From the NCBI GenBank assembly GCA_002633005.1, contig NMRA01000022.1:617835-681714 (forward strand): a stretch of DNA of 63,880 nt. The letters are read 5' to 3'. The notes beneath the pieces were generated by a model. That model was not told where the DNA came from and ran no database searches. It saw only the letters and a list, made by a program, of their open reading frames with translations. The stretch comes from Phoronis australis (Eukaryota > Animalia > Phoronida). The position numbers and the translations under genes were made by a program. Shown piece by piece: positions 13,401-25,243 of the stretch. The stretch's first letter is position 1; every line of letters begins with the position of its first letter.

Positions 13401-15279
13401 GAACATTTTTTCAATTATAAGGATCTATGAATCTCAAACTGTCTCCACAAACTCTTTTATACTTCTATGTCAAGTGAATATTGGAACTTGTTTATCTTAC
13501 TCCTCATACTTTTTATTTAAAAATCATCAATTTTCTTAAATATGTGTTAACACCAGTTTAGTGTTGCATAACTTTTCAATTCAATAGGACTGCAGACAAA
13601 CAGTTGGCTCAAATCAAGTTGCCCATGACTTGATTAATGGCTTAGTGAACATATTGCACTCTGTTCACTGGCAATAAGGGCTTTTTTGAATTGGGATAAG
13701 TTAGGATATATGCCAATTGCATTTTTTTGAGTTTTAATTTCTTTGAAGATGTGTTTGGCTGAAGTAACCATCCTGTCAACATGAACAGGTCAAAAAATAC
13801 CACCCATTTTTAATGCATCACTTCTTACAGGAACGACTACCCATAAATTGAGTTTTTTTCTGAAGACCACCACCCATGAATTTTTATTTCTGCTGCCGTC
13901 CCCCTCCTCCCACACAGATTTTACTGGAACAGCCCTTAGACATATTGGTTGAAACTGATACAGCTTTGTGTTGTATTCCAGTTCAGTCACGTCAGTTGAC
14001 AAGAGGTCTGATGAGGTCGAGAACTGGACGTTATTTCCAGATACCCATCGAATATCTTTGACTGACTGAGCGAGCTTGCCAATTTTGAACAAAGTGCAAA
14101 AATTGTGTCCAGAACGCACCAGCTTATAATGCAATAATCACCAGGTGGCGAGACTGTCTTATCCACGAGTCGCCTCACCTGAACTGCCAAACAACATGTC
14201 GTGGAAATCGACGACATTTTGCGATTCCACTCAAGAATAGTTCAGTAAAGAGAAAATTTATGAAAAAAGAAAGCAGAAGAAAATAAGTCCAGTTATCAAA
14301 AGCAAAGATGGATGCTTGGCATAGCTTTTGACGCCCAATATTAAAAGATGTCATGCTTTTTTCGTCTGAAAATACTGGGTATGGAGATAACCCGACCAGA
14401 CCTAAGTAGGGTAATACATGCTAGTTTTGGCTCACCAAGAAAATGTAAAATTCAATATATACAAGAACTCATCTGAGTTCACCTACCTAGAGTGACTGAA
14501 GAGGTCAGCATTCCTCCGCCCTCTGCTAGCGATCGTTTGATCTTTAACCTAATAGGAGTCCCAAGGGGAGATGTATTGCTTTGAGAAGATTGTACAGACG
14601 ATGGGGAGCCATTGGTAGTTATGACTGGTGTGGCATCAGGAAGAGGCATATTCATGCCATGTTGAGTTGTTGTCTCATTAAGGGGCTCTGGTGGTTTCGG
14701 GGGAGGATCTTCCACAGTGGCATTGGGGACAATGTTGACCACAGCATCTGCGAATTACAGCAAAGATAAACAATAGAAAAAAATCATTGAACAAGTATGT
14801 AGTAAAGCAATGGAAAAATCTCTTATGACTCCATGGTCTCCTTTTGTTCAGCATTATACATTACTCAGTGTAAATATGCGTTGAAAGGGGGCGCTTCAAT
14901 AGTTGAACTTCCTTCAAATGTATGGTTTTGGTTTTTATCAAGCATTAAAGTTGTTAAGCATCAATTACCGTAGAGCATCGGAAAAAGAGACAATAAACTA
15001 TCTCTCTATCAAACGTGAGCCCATCTCTTACAAAGGACTTACTCGCAAGCATTCAGTTACACAACAATGTAAGTTATCATAAACCTGAAAATTACCTGAG
15101 GGAGCCTCATTAACTGCCCGCTTACTCTGGGCAATTTTAGGGTTGTGCGACATTGTCGGAATTTGAGGCAGGATATGTCTCATTGCCACACCAGGTGGCG
15201 ACACTTTAGGAAGCGAGGACTTTATACCATTTGCCACCGGACCACTGTCAGACAGTGGCATGTCGGGGTTGCTCTGCAT
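1255..15279 (-). CDS. NSD2: NSD-family histone H3K36 methyltransferase (NSD2-like), partial: 11 coding exons, 3' part (rest of PWWP2, AWS-SET) off the left edge
   Basis: Hand-spliced exons 15279-15096, 14747-14487, 12636-12535, 12100-11930, 10803-10194, 9602-9449, 8766-8722, 5628-5403, 4948-4748, 4335-4156, 1411-1255 (2291 nt, phases consistent, all GT-AG). Peptides [19 protein letters not shown] (PWWP1), [10 protein letters not shown]...EKQRARY (HMG-like), several PHD fingers and [11 protein letters not shown] (PWWP2 start) match the NSD2 domain order. Probably the single invertebrate NSD1/2/3 co-ortholog. Confidence 0.93.
2204..3829. mobile_element. Kolobok-like non-autonomous DNA transposon with THAP remnant (family K1, copy 1)
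   Basis: TTAA at both ends; imperfect TIRs AAGAAAATGCCACTCAA / AGGAGAATGCCACCCAA (14/17); THAP-like remnant on the minus strand; inverted homologue at 16534-19420. Confidence 0.75.
3371..3666 (-). pseudogene. THAP zinc-finger remnant (transposase N-terminus), frameshifted
   Basis: MPLYCGASF... then, in another frame, [18 protein letters not shown]...[13 protein letters not shown], matching the THAP pattern F-x-x-P...W...CxxHF..DF. Confidence 0.75.
4156..4335 (-). CDS. NSD2: NSD exon, PHD3 and start of PHD4
   Basis: [23 protein letters not shown]...[15 protein letters not shown] (read by hand; not in the ORF track). Confidence 0.93.
4748..4948 (-). CDS. NSD2: NSD exon, PHD2 and start of PHD3
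   Basis: [10 protein letters not shown]...CGKFYHEAC...[10 protein letters not shown]. Confidence 0.92.
5403..5628 (-). CDS. NSD2: NSD exon, PHD1
   Basis: [10 protein letters not shown]...[16 protein letters not shown]...FKCDECMT. Confidence 0.92.
7040..7591 (+). mobile_element. hAT-like MITE family A, copy 2 (6-bp TSD)
   Basis: Co-linear with 731-1212, TSD TGGAAG on both sides, expanded internal A-rich tract. Confidence 0.85.
8029..8474. mobile_element. Old foldback MITE with ~100-bp diverged inverted arms
   Basis: 8029-8135 (aaatgcattgtgggaca...gtgacatcacagataact) matches the reverse complement of 8372-8474; solo arm at about 15609-15685. Confidence 0.55.
8722..8766 (-). CDS. NSD2: NSD 45-nt small exon
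   Basis: ttttccag|AAG TCC AAA AGC...ACT GAG|gtgagt, phase 0-0, strong splice sites. Confidence 0.65.
9289..9432. repeat. 42-bp minisatellite, about 3.5 copies
   Basis: catataccagcatgtgcatgaatactttcatcagtgtgcact units at 9329, 9371, 9413. Confidence 0.85.
9449..9602 (-). CDS. NSD2: NSD exon (basic linker)
   Basis: R|YKSRSG...EPPIKKKR completes the HMG-like ARY motif; phase 2-0. Confidence 0.85.
10194..10803 (-). CDS. NSD2: NSD exon, PWWP1 C-half plus HMG-like box
   Basis: [14 protein letters not shown]...[13 protein letters not shown]...[11 protein letters not shown]; tttgcag| acceptor, AG|GTAGAG donor. Confidence 0.93.
11930..12100 (-). CDS. NSD2: NSD exon, PWWP1 N-half
   Basis: [26 protein letters not shown]; tttcag| acceptor and G|GTAAGT donor. 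Confidence 0.93.
12535..12636 (-). CDS. NSD2: NSD coding exon 3 (102 nt)
   Basis: ttgctag| acceptor, AAG|GTAAAT donor, open frame [33 protein letters not shown], phase 1-1. Confidence 0.7.
13097..13935. mobile_element. PIF/Harbinger (Tourist-like) MITE, copy 1
   Basis: TIR GGGCTGTTCCAG(C/T)AAA(G/A)TCTGT..., TSD TTA on both sides. Confidence 0.8.
14487..14747 (-). CDS. NSD2: NSD coding exon 2 (Pro/Ser/Thr-rich, PIRLKIKRS)
   Basis: ttcgcag| acceptor, TAG|GTAGGT donor, phase 1-1, open frame; IxLKIxx motif recalls NSD N-termini. Confidence 0.8.
15096..15279 (-). CDS. NSD2: NSD first coding exon (ATG at 15279; acceptor tgtgcag, exon starts 15293)
   Basis: [12 protein letters not shown]...APS, donor CAG|GTAATT, phase 1 fits next exon; low-complexity N-terminus, so assignment rests on splicing. 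Confidence 0.7.
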
Positions 15280-15972
15280 GGTCGCACTTCACTCTGCACA
15301 AGCATAAAGGCAAATAATGTGGATTTCTTGCAAAATCAACATAAGGCTTAGTAAAACAAATTATGTAAAACTGGGGTGCATTCTGCAAGCCAGGAACTAT
15401 ATCAAGGGTTTGACAAGATCACATTAATGGAATGCAAGATCTCGCGTGGGTTTCATTGAAAATCCTGAAATAGCATCTCTGGAATGTTGAATTACGGAAG
15501 AAAATGGTGTACAAACTTGTTATTTTCCATTAACTAGAAAGTACTGTGGAATACACCTATTCTCAATGACTAAATGAAATTTCAGCATTTCAATGTGAAG
15601 AATATATACAGCGTTACTATCGTCTTTCAAATGCATTATGGGACAGTAGTTTGATTGTAAACATCCAGTGACTTCGCAGATAACATAGTGAAAGGTGATC
15701 AATGATGAAAAATGGCACACTAGGACAGAAAGCATTGGTCAACTGCAACATGCTTTAGGGTGCAAGTACAATAACTAACCACCACAAAAGTGAGCCTCAA
15801 AATGCACGAAATTATTACAGTCAAATTTCACCAATTTCAAACAAAAATAATTGACAAATTACTGTTTTGTATTTTTCTAGAGCTTCTAACCTTGTTGTGA
15901 ATGATCACAAATTTTCAAAACTTTGTTTGGTGCTAGCTGTGGTACAAAACTAGAAGATGCAATATCATTGAA

Positions 15973-16530
15973 GGGCTGTTCCAGCAAAATCTGTGTGGGA
16001 GGGGGGGGGAAGGCAACTGAAATAAAAATTTATGGGTGGTTGCGTTTGATTTAAATTCAAAATGGCTGGTGGTCGTAATTCAAAAAAATAAAAATTTACA
16101 GGTCGTTGCTGTTTCATTGGGACATAAATGTTTGACGGTGGGTAATTTTATAAACAATCCGCACAGAATCAAAAACTGAAACAAAAATGCAACTTGCAAA
16201 AAGTTCCGACTTTTTCACTCCCTCCGATCTCCTCATCGGCATGCCCATAACACCATTTAACAACAGGTGCTCGAATTTCTCGATGGCTAATAACCAAAAA
16301 AGAAACATATGTTTTATTAGTAATGAATGACGTTAGTGGTGATGGAGGAACAGATAAACTCAAGCGCCTGTGCAGTCAACCACAAAAACAAAAAAATTAC
16401 AGGTGGTTGCATTTCAAACTTATAAAAAATTACGGGTGGTAGGCTAAAGAAATAAATGAAAAATATGGGTGGTGGGTGCGAAAAAAAGGTGCCTTCCCCC
16501 CCTCCCATACAGATTTTACTGGAACAGCCC
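15973..16530. mobile_element. PIF/Harbinger MITE sharing TIRs with 13097-13935
   Basis: ~40-bp TIRs GGGCTGTTCCAGCAAAATCTGTGTGGGAGGGGG; flanks GAA/TAA (one mismatch). Confidence 0.75.
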
Positions 16531-16533
16531 TAA

Positions 16534-19420
16534 AGGAGAATGCCACCTATTTATTTTCTTTTCACCGTCTTAATTGGTCTATATCCACATCATCTCGTAT
16601 ATGGTCTCACCTCAGCGAGAGGTGTCGTGTTAACCTGTGAGAAAGGCGAATACATGAAGCGATGTCACTGGTTATTCAACTGAATGTGTGTTGCTATGGT
16701 GTGGGGTATCGTTCCTGCTTGGGCGACCCATGAAGCTCCGAGGAAAGCAGGTACATTGTTTTTTTTTTTGATTTTCTCGAGAACCCGAAATGCTTCAGAA
16801 GTGGTTCGCAGCAGTAAAGAATGAAAAGCACACCATTAATACCAAGTATGAAGCCATATCTCCATGTCTGTGGCTGGCATTGTTCTGTTTCAAAATGAAT
16901 TATCCTCACCCTAACCAATGTTTAGCAAAACTGAAACAAAATGTCTCGAAAGACTGTCTCAGTGGATACAATTTGTAATGAGTGTTCGTGTCTTCGTGAG
17001 TGCAAATGTTTTGAGAAATGAACAAAGAATAAATCATACTGCGTTACCGGCATTAGATGCATTAAGGATATTTCCAACCTTATTCACAAAAATTGGCTAT
17101 TTTTACAATATTTCAATTGTGTCTAGCAAAATACCTTATCTTCATTCTCGGGGAACTTCAAATACGAAATATATACTGCGTAGCGAGAAAAAAAGATTTA
17201 GCAGAACCACCTTGGAACCGCACAACCGCATGGATATTTGTTTACCACTTATCCAAGGTCAAAGGTTAAAGGGCTTTCAAGTAAATCGAGTCTCCTGCCA
17301 GGTGCAGAACAGCTTCGGTATACCCTCAGTCCTTTCATTCACAAATTTGCCATAACATTGAACCGACGAGGTGTGGTTATGATAGAATGGTGCCGGGGAA
17401 AACGAAGACAAAACGTAGTTTTGATCTTAATGGAGTTGTGCGTCTACATGCATACGACCGTTGACATTGAAAACGAATGCTACGAGTTGCCTCAGGCCTC
17501 AGTCTGGTCATGAACACAGAAAGTTGTGAAAAGAGATAAATCCTCCCCCTTATTCCTTAATTCAATTATTAAGTTAACATTTCGATGTTTCGATTTCATG
17601 TTAACGACTTACTTTAACTACCAATTCAATTTTTGTTATCCATTTCTTACTTGGTTTGGTATCAGTCTCCCAGCACGTGACGTGTACAGGCTATGAACTG
17701 TGACCTACTTTTCTAAGTAGGTCGTACAAAACGGCAGAAGTTGGCTACGAAAGATAGGTCTATTTGAGGTTTTAATGATATTTAAGTTAGTTACGCACTG
17801 CAAAATTAGTTGACATTGCAAGAAAACATTGAAATAGGTGACATAGTTAAGGATTCTATAGGTTATGTATACCGAAAACAAGTTTTCACAGAATAATTAA
17901 CCGAAGACTGAGATTTTCACGTGTCCCAGTTTAATCGGCTTTTTCTCGGCTTCGGCAAATCGACTTTATTTGCACTTAGGAACACGAGTTCTCGAAAATG
18001 GCTCGATGGATTTCGCTGAAACTTTCCAAAGTTAATATTTAGTCACCAATATAAAAAACGCTGTTGGAAATTTTGATATAAAAGCTCAGTTTTTGTGTAA
18101 TGTGGCAAAGACGAATACGACTTCAATTTTTTACAAAAATACCTTACGTTTTGCGAGTTTATTTGTCATAGAAACCAAACGAACAAACTAATCGAAAATT
18201 CCTAACAGCGTTTTTGAGGTAATTGATGAAGTTTTCATTTAAAAAAGGTTTCGTTAAAATCGACCGAGGGGTCATTTTGCTGTGAATGTACCTTTCATAA
18301 AAATGAAATTTTTACTTAAAAAAGGTTTTTACATAAAAATAATAATGACAAATAAATACAAAAAGTATATTTATATTTCCTGGTCTTTGTTCTTTCAGAA
18401 AATATATACTTTTACTAGTTGACAAAGCTTATTTTTTTTGATATACGAGTTAGAATAGAGGCCACTAAATAAGGTTTGAAATAACCTTAAAACTAATTGA
18501 CAGGGCACCAGAGACCATATGCGCAAATTCAGTGTTTGTTCACAAAAAGCTGTTGTGACACAATAACTCGATTTTATATGCTATGGTCAGACGTTATGGG
18601 AATAATAAGATACACACACGCACAAATATATACAGGCATATATATATACATATATGTATATGTATATATACATACATTATTCGAAACATTGTTATTGTAC
18701 ACCTTTTGCCCTGTATGGTTCTGTGTAAGGGGAACCTGGCTTTGTGTACCCCTACGATAAGTAGATTTGCAATTTCTCTGTGTTTTTACCAAAATATTCG
18801 CGTGCACATTATCTCTTTGGTTTACTAGTCTAGTCCTTTTGTGACTGAGTTTTATTTTCAACTTTGGCAGCCAACTTACCTGGCTGGTTTATGTTCGCGA
18901 TGCCGTCTCCAGTCCAGCCGCCGGCGGTGGGCCTAATCCGAGTTCCGAGCCACTGGGTTACAACGAACGTTTTGTGTTATATATAGCACTGAAAAAAATT
19001 CACAAATCCAAAATTACAACACACGGCTATGCTCTCCTGTCAGAATTCCGCGAAAGAAGGTATTTATAATTTACACCAAACAGATCCAAACTTACCGCAA
19101 CTGAACTCGGTAAGTTGGCCTACCGAACTTTGTAGCTAAATCCAAAACAGCTAAATAAAACAACTCGTTTATTTAAAAACTTAATGTATTTGTAACGGTT
19201 TTGCATCGAATTTTGGTGGTTTATTGGCGTAGAGCGATGAAGCCAAGCGATACGCTGACACCAGTAACCGTGTTGTGAACTGCTGAACAGACTGTGTTAG
19301 AACCTGTAACGTCATTGGTTAATATTTCAGCGCCTCCATCTTCTGTCTGGCGTCAGGTTAAAGAACTGAATTTGCTGTTATCGAGTGGACCTACACGATC
19401 TAAACTGATCCAAAATTCCT
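16534..19420. mobile_element. Kolobok-like family K1, copy 2 (inverted, interrupted by the K3 insertion)
   Basis: Starts TAA|AGGAGAATGCCACC; 16534-17018 matches the reverse complement of 3110-3829 and 18780-19415 matches the reverse complement of 2230-2830; decayed THAP peptide MLQKWFAAVKNEKHTINTKYEA. Confidence 0.7.
17066..18486. mobile_element. TTAA-flanked Kolobok-like MITE family K3, copy 1
   Basis: TTAA|GGATATTTCCAACCTTATT ... AATAAGGTTTGAAATAACC|TTAA; inverted homologue at 31631-33238. Confidence 0.8.
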
Positions 19421-19619
19421 TGTTTAATTCAGTGGTATATATTGCTTGGAAAAATGCTAAAAATTTCACTTGTCAGCCATATTGTGTCCTAAACTGGTGA
19501 GATTTAACCGCAGCAAATTTTTTGTGGAAAAGATTCTTACGTCAGTCACCGCTGAAGTAATTCTCACAATCAAAATTTTTATCTACAAGTTATCTGTGAT
19601 ATTCAGTGAATGTTAACAA

Positions 19620-19800
19620 GCGAACAACTGTCCCAGAATGCATTTTTGAAAGACGGCAGCAGTGCCACATATGAAATCACCTGAAAGTACTCCAAGAATG
19701 TGCAGGACTAAACTGCAGTGATAGTCGAGATTACTTAGCCCTGGAATCAAACCAGCGGCCCCATTAAATCCCGGCAAATGTGCTAACCATTCAGCTAATA
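19620..19800 (-). mobile_element. Decayed tRNA-derived SINE head
   Basis: Minus strand TAGCTGAATGGTTAGC (A-box-like) ... GGTTTGATTCC (B-box-like); no full cloverleaf. Confidence 0.35.
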
Positions 19801-20340
19801 AGCAATTGCCCATTAGCGAGTGGCTAAGAGGCTCATATGATTCATACGAAGCACATCTACAATATTACTTATACATCAGTTGAGCCCTCAAAGATAGACA
19901 GTCTTCAAAAATTGTATCAACCCATGGAAAATTGTGAGGGCGGGCGGTCAGATAACTGAGAAGTTTGTGGCAAAGGGTGGAGGTGAAATGTGTGCGAAAA
20001 TTATGGCCATCAGTTACCCAAAATCCAGGCGGAAACTGAGCGGCTTGGGGCGGGGATAAAATGTGATGACAATGGGAAGTTCAAATTACTACAGCCCAGA
20101 GACTCTTAAAGCTTTAGGAGTACGAGAAACCTTAATCTTGCACTGCAATCAGAATGATTGCCACCCGACTTCCATCCCCGTTCTGGTCAGATTGCGGCTA
20201 GGTCACAATACAGAAAACACGAGCCCAGGTGCGAAGTGGGTCACTTGTATTTGAAAAAGGAGGAAGGACCCATCATCGCAGTGGATTAACCACTACCAAT
20301 AAAATGTGTTAGGAAGTAAAATGGTGTAAGGTAGTGGAAA

Positions 20341-20455
20341 ACTTACGGTTTAAAACCATTCAATTTCTATTCAGGAGTTTACGGGGCTTCCAAAATGAGT
20401 TCAACAGCGGGAAATTCCTCGCTTTCTATTGGTGGTCGTTCTACTTCCGCTTAGT
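20341..20455 (-). promoter_or_regulatory. Candidate NSD core promoter and non-coding first exon
   Basis: On the minus strand GCGGAAGT (ETS-like), CCAAT and TTTCCCGC (E2F-like) within ~50 bp, followed by a donor ACC|GTAAGT at 20347/20346; motif-based inference only. Confidence 0.4.
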
Positions 20456-20749
20456 GAAAATAATTATTTCGATTTCTGTTTTATTCAATTTCATGTCGTT
20501 GTATATCTTATTTAAATATTCACGATTTTATAACGGCTGCAAATATTAACAAACTGAAACAATTGTAAGAAATTAAAACCACTTAAAAATAATCTTCGCT
20601 TTTCAAAATCAAACGCCAGATAGCGCTACTTGACGGTGTACAAACTAGTCTAACAAACTGGTGGGAGTACAAGTATTCCCGGGCCGCACGCGGTGACAAG
20701 AATGACATATGGATTATGGGACACTGATATACATATACCACAGTTTTAT

Positions 20750-20980
20750 TTTCTGTTAATGTCGCTGACTCCTTGAGCGTCAGTGAGTTTTAAGATCGAG
20801 TCTCGACATTGAGCAACACACTCCCCGTCAACTAAGACGACGTTGACTGCCGTGCAATGACAGCGGAGCCCAATCTAGACGACAGATGAGTATCTATAAT
20901 GGACTGACGGCCTATATACCCAAAGTGAGCCGTGTATCATCATGAGCATAGAATTTTAAACAAACAAACAAACAAACAAA
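20750..20980 (+). mobile_element. Probable LINE (CR1/L2-like) 3' remnant with (AAAC)n tail
   Basis: VNVADSLSVSEFK-type C-terminal peptide followed by a short UTR and an AAAC microsatellite tail. Confidence 0.4.
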
Positions 20981-21561
20981 TGAAAGCGCTCGGAGGCGAA
21001 ATTGACTGGTGAGACGACAATCGGGTGATGATGATGACTGGTGATGGTGATTAACAATTATATGACAAATGCAGATGTCAGAAATTAGTGACGGAAATGT
21101 ATAGCACCAGTTACTTTTCGGCGTTTTGTAATATCCTCATACCGCGGAATAATTTGCTCGCAAAGAGAACAGCCCCGCTCTCACACATTCAACGAAACCG
21201 TTCCGAATCCTTTCCCTCTCTCAACTTAGTTGAATCTGATATAGGCCTACCGCGTGCCGCTCAGCCGAGAAATTTGAAATTCTTTTCTCCCGCACGCTTG
21301 ACACCCTCACGGATTCAAATTCCCCGATCCAACTGAGGCAAAACCAAAGTTTTCGCTTCTCAGTCAAGGACATGATTTTATTTGCTCGCGAACATAACCA
21401 GTCCAACTCCCACACATTATATTGCCTTCGCGCCGTTTATGCATTCGCTACTGACCTTAATATACTGAAAATTAAGGCGAGGCACATTCCCTTGGTGAGC
21501 GCCACTCAGGCGAGCATAAAATTCTCAATCACGCACATTATGTATTTACGAAGGCACAAAA

Positions 21562-22290
21562 AACGTTAGCTGACAAAGCGGCAAAGGCTATTTTTGTACT
21601 AAAAAAGCACATGTTTAAGTACAATGAAATTCCTGTGCAAATGTGGTTTAAAATGTTTGATACAAAAACATTACCGATCTTGTTATATGGTTCTGAGATT
21701 TGGGGATTTCACCCCGCACAAGACATTGAAATCGTACAAAATAAATTTTGCAAATTTTTGTTGGGACTTGGTCAGCATGTCTCAAACGCTGCAGTGAGGG
21801 GAGAGCTTGGTAGAGTGACAATGAAGGTACATCTATTATTGAGAATTGTTAAATACTGGTTAAAAATTATCAATTTGCCAAGCNTAGACTTCATAGAATA
21901 GCCCTTGCAAGGTTTAGATGCTCCGCACATTCATTAATGATATTATCCAGGGAAGGTTCAGTGGATTTGACACAGAAGACAGATTATGTCCCTGCTGTGA
22001 CAGTGGGAAAGTGGAAACAGAATTCCACTTTCTTCTCGAATGCAATTTATATTCGGATCTACGAGTGCGGTTTTTACCAAGGTATAATAAGGTGGAAAAT
22101 ATAGAATTCAGAAATTTTCTACAGACTCATGACTTAAATGTTCTGAGAAAAGTTGCTAGATATTTAATTCATGCGGAGAAACGCCGAAATGAATTCCTTG
22201 ATATGAATTAATTTAGACTTGAAAACTTTTTTTACTCTCTGTGTTATGTAATGTGGGCCGGAGGCCTGTTACATGAAATAAACCTATGTA
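21562..22290 (+). mobile_element. 5'-truncated non-LTR retrotransposon 3' end (RTE/RTEX-like), with an N at 21884
   Basis: PILLYGSEIWG...IEIVQNKFCKFLLG...SNAAVRGELGR post-RT region, C-terminal RLCPCC...ETEFHFLLEC knuckle, then AATAAA in a short tail. Confidence 0.8.
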
Positions 22291-22309
22291 ACCTATATTC
22301 CCCTCTCAC

Positions 22310-22590
22310 ACACACCCCTGGTTGACACGTCCTTGTCAACAAACCGGGCGCCCTGGCCGACACCTTAGCGCACCATCCCCCCACCCTCAGTCGACAAATG
22401 CTCAGTGGCTCTCCCCTGTTGACTGACACCTCCTAGGTGCATCCCCTGGTCGACAAGGGCACCTTAACCCCCCTGTGACACACTTGACGCACCCCTCTCC
22501 CCTGGTTGACACCTCCTTGGCGCCCCCTCCACCTGGGTCGACAAGGCTCCTTGTGTCTCCCTCCCCTGTCGACGCCTCCTTGGCGCTCCC
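22310..22590. repeat. GC-rich degenerate minisatellite
   Basis: Recurrent CCCCTGGT(T/C)GAC...CCTTGGCGC core. Confidence 0.7.
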
Positions 22591-24499
22591 TTAATTGGCT
22601 GGTCGCTGTGTAATCCGGCCCCCGGCAGATTTGAACAGTCGCCACCTCAGTCCCCCGGTATACCCCGGCTTAAGAATCGTCTAATTGCCTCTTGACCCAG
22701 ATCCGACTCCTCGGTGGCCAGTTTTATTATTCGAATGCCAAACCCACGCCAGTACCCCCCCCCCCCGGGGGGACTGAGGTCACCCCACATCCGCGTAACG
22801 AACGTTGTTGAAAGATCCCCTATTGCGGGTATCATGTCTCCTTATCCTAACCCTCTCATGACAGGACAAGTTTTCACGAACGTGGGGTCATTTTTTCATG
22901 GGTTGAATATTCTTCACATTAAATTTAGACACCGTGAAAAAACTACCCGCGGCCATTTTTTCAAGTGGTCATTCTTTTACATGTTACACCGGTCGTAAAT
23001 AAAGAGTCTGAATCATGCATTCTCTGGAAGATTACAATTCATTGTAAAAGCAATTTTTTTCTGTTGTTGAGGCTATTCTGAAAACATTAGCGATCGTTTT
23101 CTACTGTTAGCCATTTTCATGATTTTTGATGTCTGTCTTGTAATGTAACTTCAGTTTCATACAACTGAAAACAATGTAATCCTTGAGTTTTGAGTCCACA
23201 GGACTTAGGTTCACTAGTATACCATTACCATGCGGAACATGACGTTGCCACCTGTGCTGCAGTGGTAAAATTAGAGGTACGCAGGCGCCCAAAGCCCACC
23301 ATATCACCTTGAGCACTGAACGTAACTTACGGTGCGTAGGCGCTACGTTCAAAAGCCAAAAGGTGGTTGGCTGCGCCTACGTGCGCCTATGAACCACTAC
23401 AGCACTGGTTGCTACAGAAAGAAATGCTAGTTAGTTCGAAATTAGTCCGGAGGTCAATGAAACCAGTAACATGTGATTCAGTTACTGAACAGTGGAGCGT
23501 CACTTTTGAAAATGAATATCTACATATGTAACAGCGCAGTGCAGTTGTGTAATTGGGAGATTTTCTCAATCATTTCGGGTAGTCTGTATTACATTTCTTC
23601 TCGGAGGTTAATTTCATTTAGTCTTTAAAATTCCTTTGTTTTATTTCAGTGACTTTGCCACTTGTCAAACCACTGGACTTTCATTCACTTGTCTGTCATT
23701 AACGATGAGGGACCACGGCGTCACAACCATGCAGTTACAGTGTATCAGATTTCCTGCAGTACCACTAACACGTTGACAACAGAATCTAAAGGTCGCATCG
23801 TTTTAAAAACCAGAGGTGGGGACTTCTTCCTTATAAAGTTGATGGACCTCATGCGCGCACCCACTGAGCCTAAGAAATGGGGGTACGAATGTTTAAAGAA
23901 TGTGAACCCACGGCGGGGTACGCTCAGAGCTATGAATTGTGCATTCGCCGAATTTTGGAAGTCCCTGCCTTTTTAATGGACTTTTGTCTCGTTTTCTACT
24001 TTTTTCGGAATTTTTGTTTCTCCGAGGCGGGCCTTTTTCGCCCACTTCGCCAAATGGGGAGGGGCCTCGTTGAAAAGACTCCGCGATTAAAAAGCGATCC
24101 GGGCCATTTTTCAAAGCTGAAAATTACCTGGGATGATTTTTTAATAGTTATACTCACCGGACATTTTTTCACGGGGTCATTATTTGATGCTACATCGGCC
24201 AGATACCTAAAGTTGACGTGGTGGCCTAAAACTTGGCGAGTTCTCGGTATGTCTATTGCCTGCTCGAGTCTTACAGATGTCACGGTTATTTTCAAGCTGG
24301 AGGGTCCTAGTTTTTAAGTAATTGTTGGTAATTTATTCCGTCTATTTTTAAAAGCAGTCATAGCCTAAATAAAGTTTGGCAGTAAATTCAAAGGATCGAC
24401 ACTTGAAAGGAAGGGGCCACACACATCGAAGAAGTGGAGGGGGGCAGTCGGACATTGCTCATATGCCGGCCATACCGGCAGCCAGTCCGCCAGACCGCC

Positions 24500-25243
24500 A
24501 CTCCATGTAGTCTACGTCATTTGTAAACACACAATGGGTGCACCCTTTTGACTTCGTCCGTATTTCCCGTCGAAGACATTTGATTGGGCGACTTCCAGCT
24601 TACTGACCAATGAGATGTCTTATAGTACGGGACTGACCCGGAGACCGGCAAAGACAATCAAGTTCAACCACAGATACTCGTTTAGCCTATTAGTTCAACT
24701 GGACTGCTGCAGCGATTCACCTTATAAATAATAGATGTCACTAGTGAAAGCGTATTAATCCAATGTCATAGTTCAAAATTTCAATATTACATGCTTTACT
24801 AAATATTACGATCGGGCTTACTGAATCACTAAAAAAACAAAATAAAATAAATTGGTTCACCATAAAATATAATAAGTAATGGATGGTTATGAGCAACAAA
24901 GTATGTTTATACGTGAATGTCTATGGATTCTTTTAGCGTGTCAAAGAAGTAAAACGCCAACCAGTTCCAACAGGGCCTTACTCTCGTGTCAGCTGCTTGT
25001 TTTCCCCGTGAGAAGGTTATCAGCAACCCGATTAACGTTCGTAAGTTTATCTCTGGTTTTACGACTCATTGCATTGCTCATCTGTTTTTGTGTAACGCTC
25101 CGTTTTGTTCATAACGTACCGATAAATCACGCAAAAGTTAACAAATTTCAAAAACATGGCCCACATTTCCTTTACACGTCTGCAGACTGCACTGTCTACG
25201 GCAGTTTAAGTTTTGTTTATCTCGATCAAATTATCAGGTATGT
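24500..25243 (+). promoter_or_regulatory. Candidate NT5C2 promoter and non-coding first exon
   Basis: CG-containing stretch with ACGTCA, ATTGG and CCAAT boxes (about 24510-24612) and donors TTC|GTAAGT (25040/25041) and CAG|GTATGT (25237/25238); the ATG exon has an upstream acceptor, so a 5' UTR exon is expected. Confidence 0.3.
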
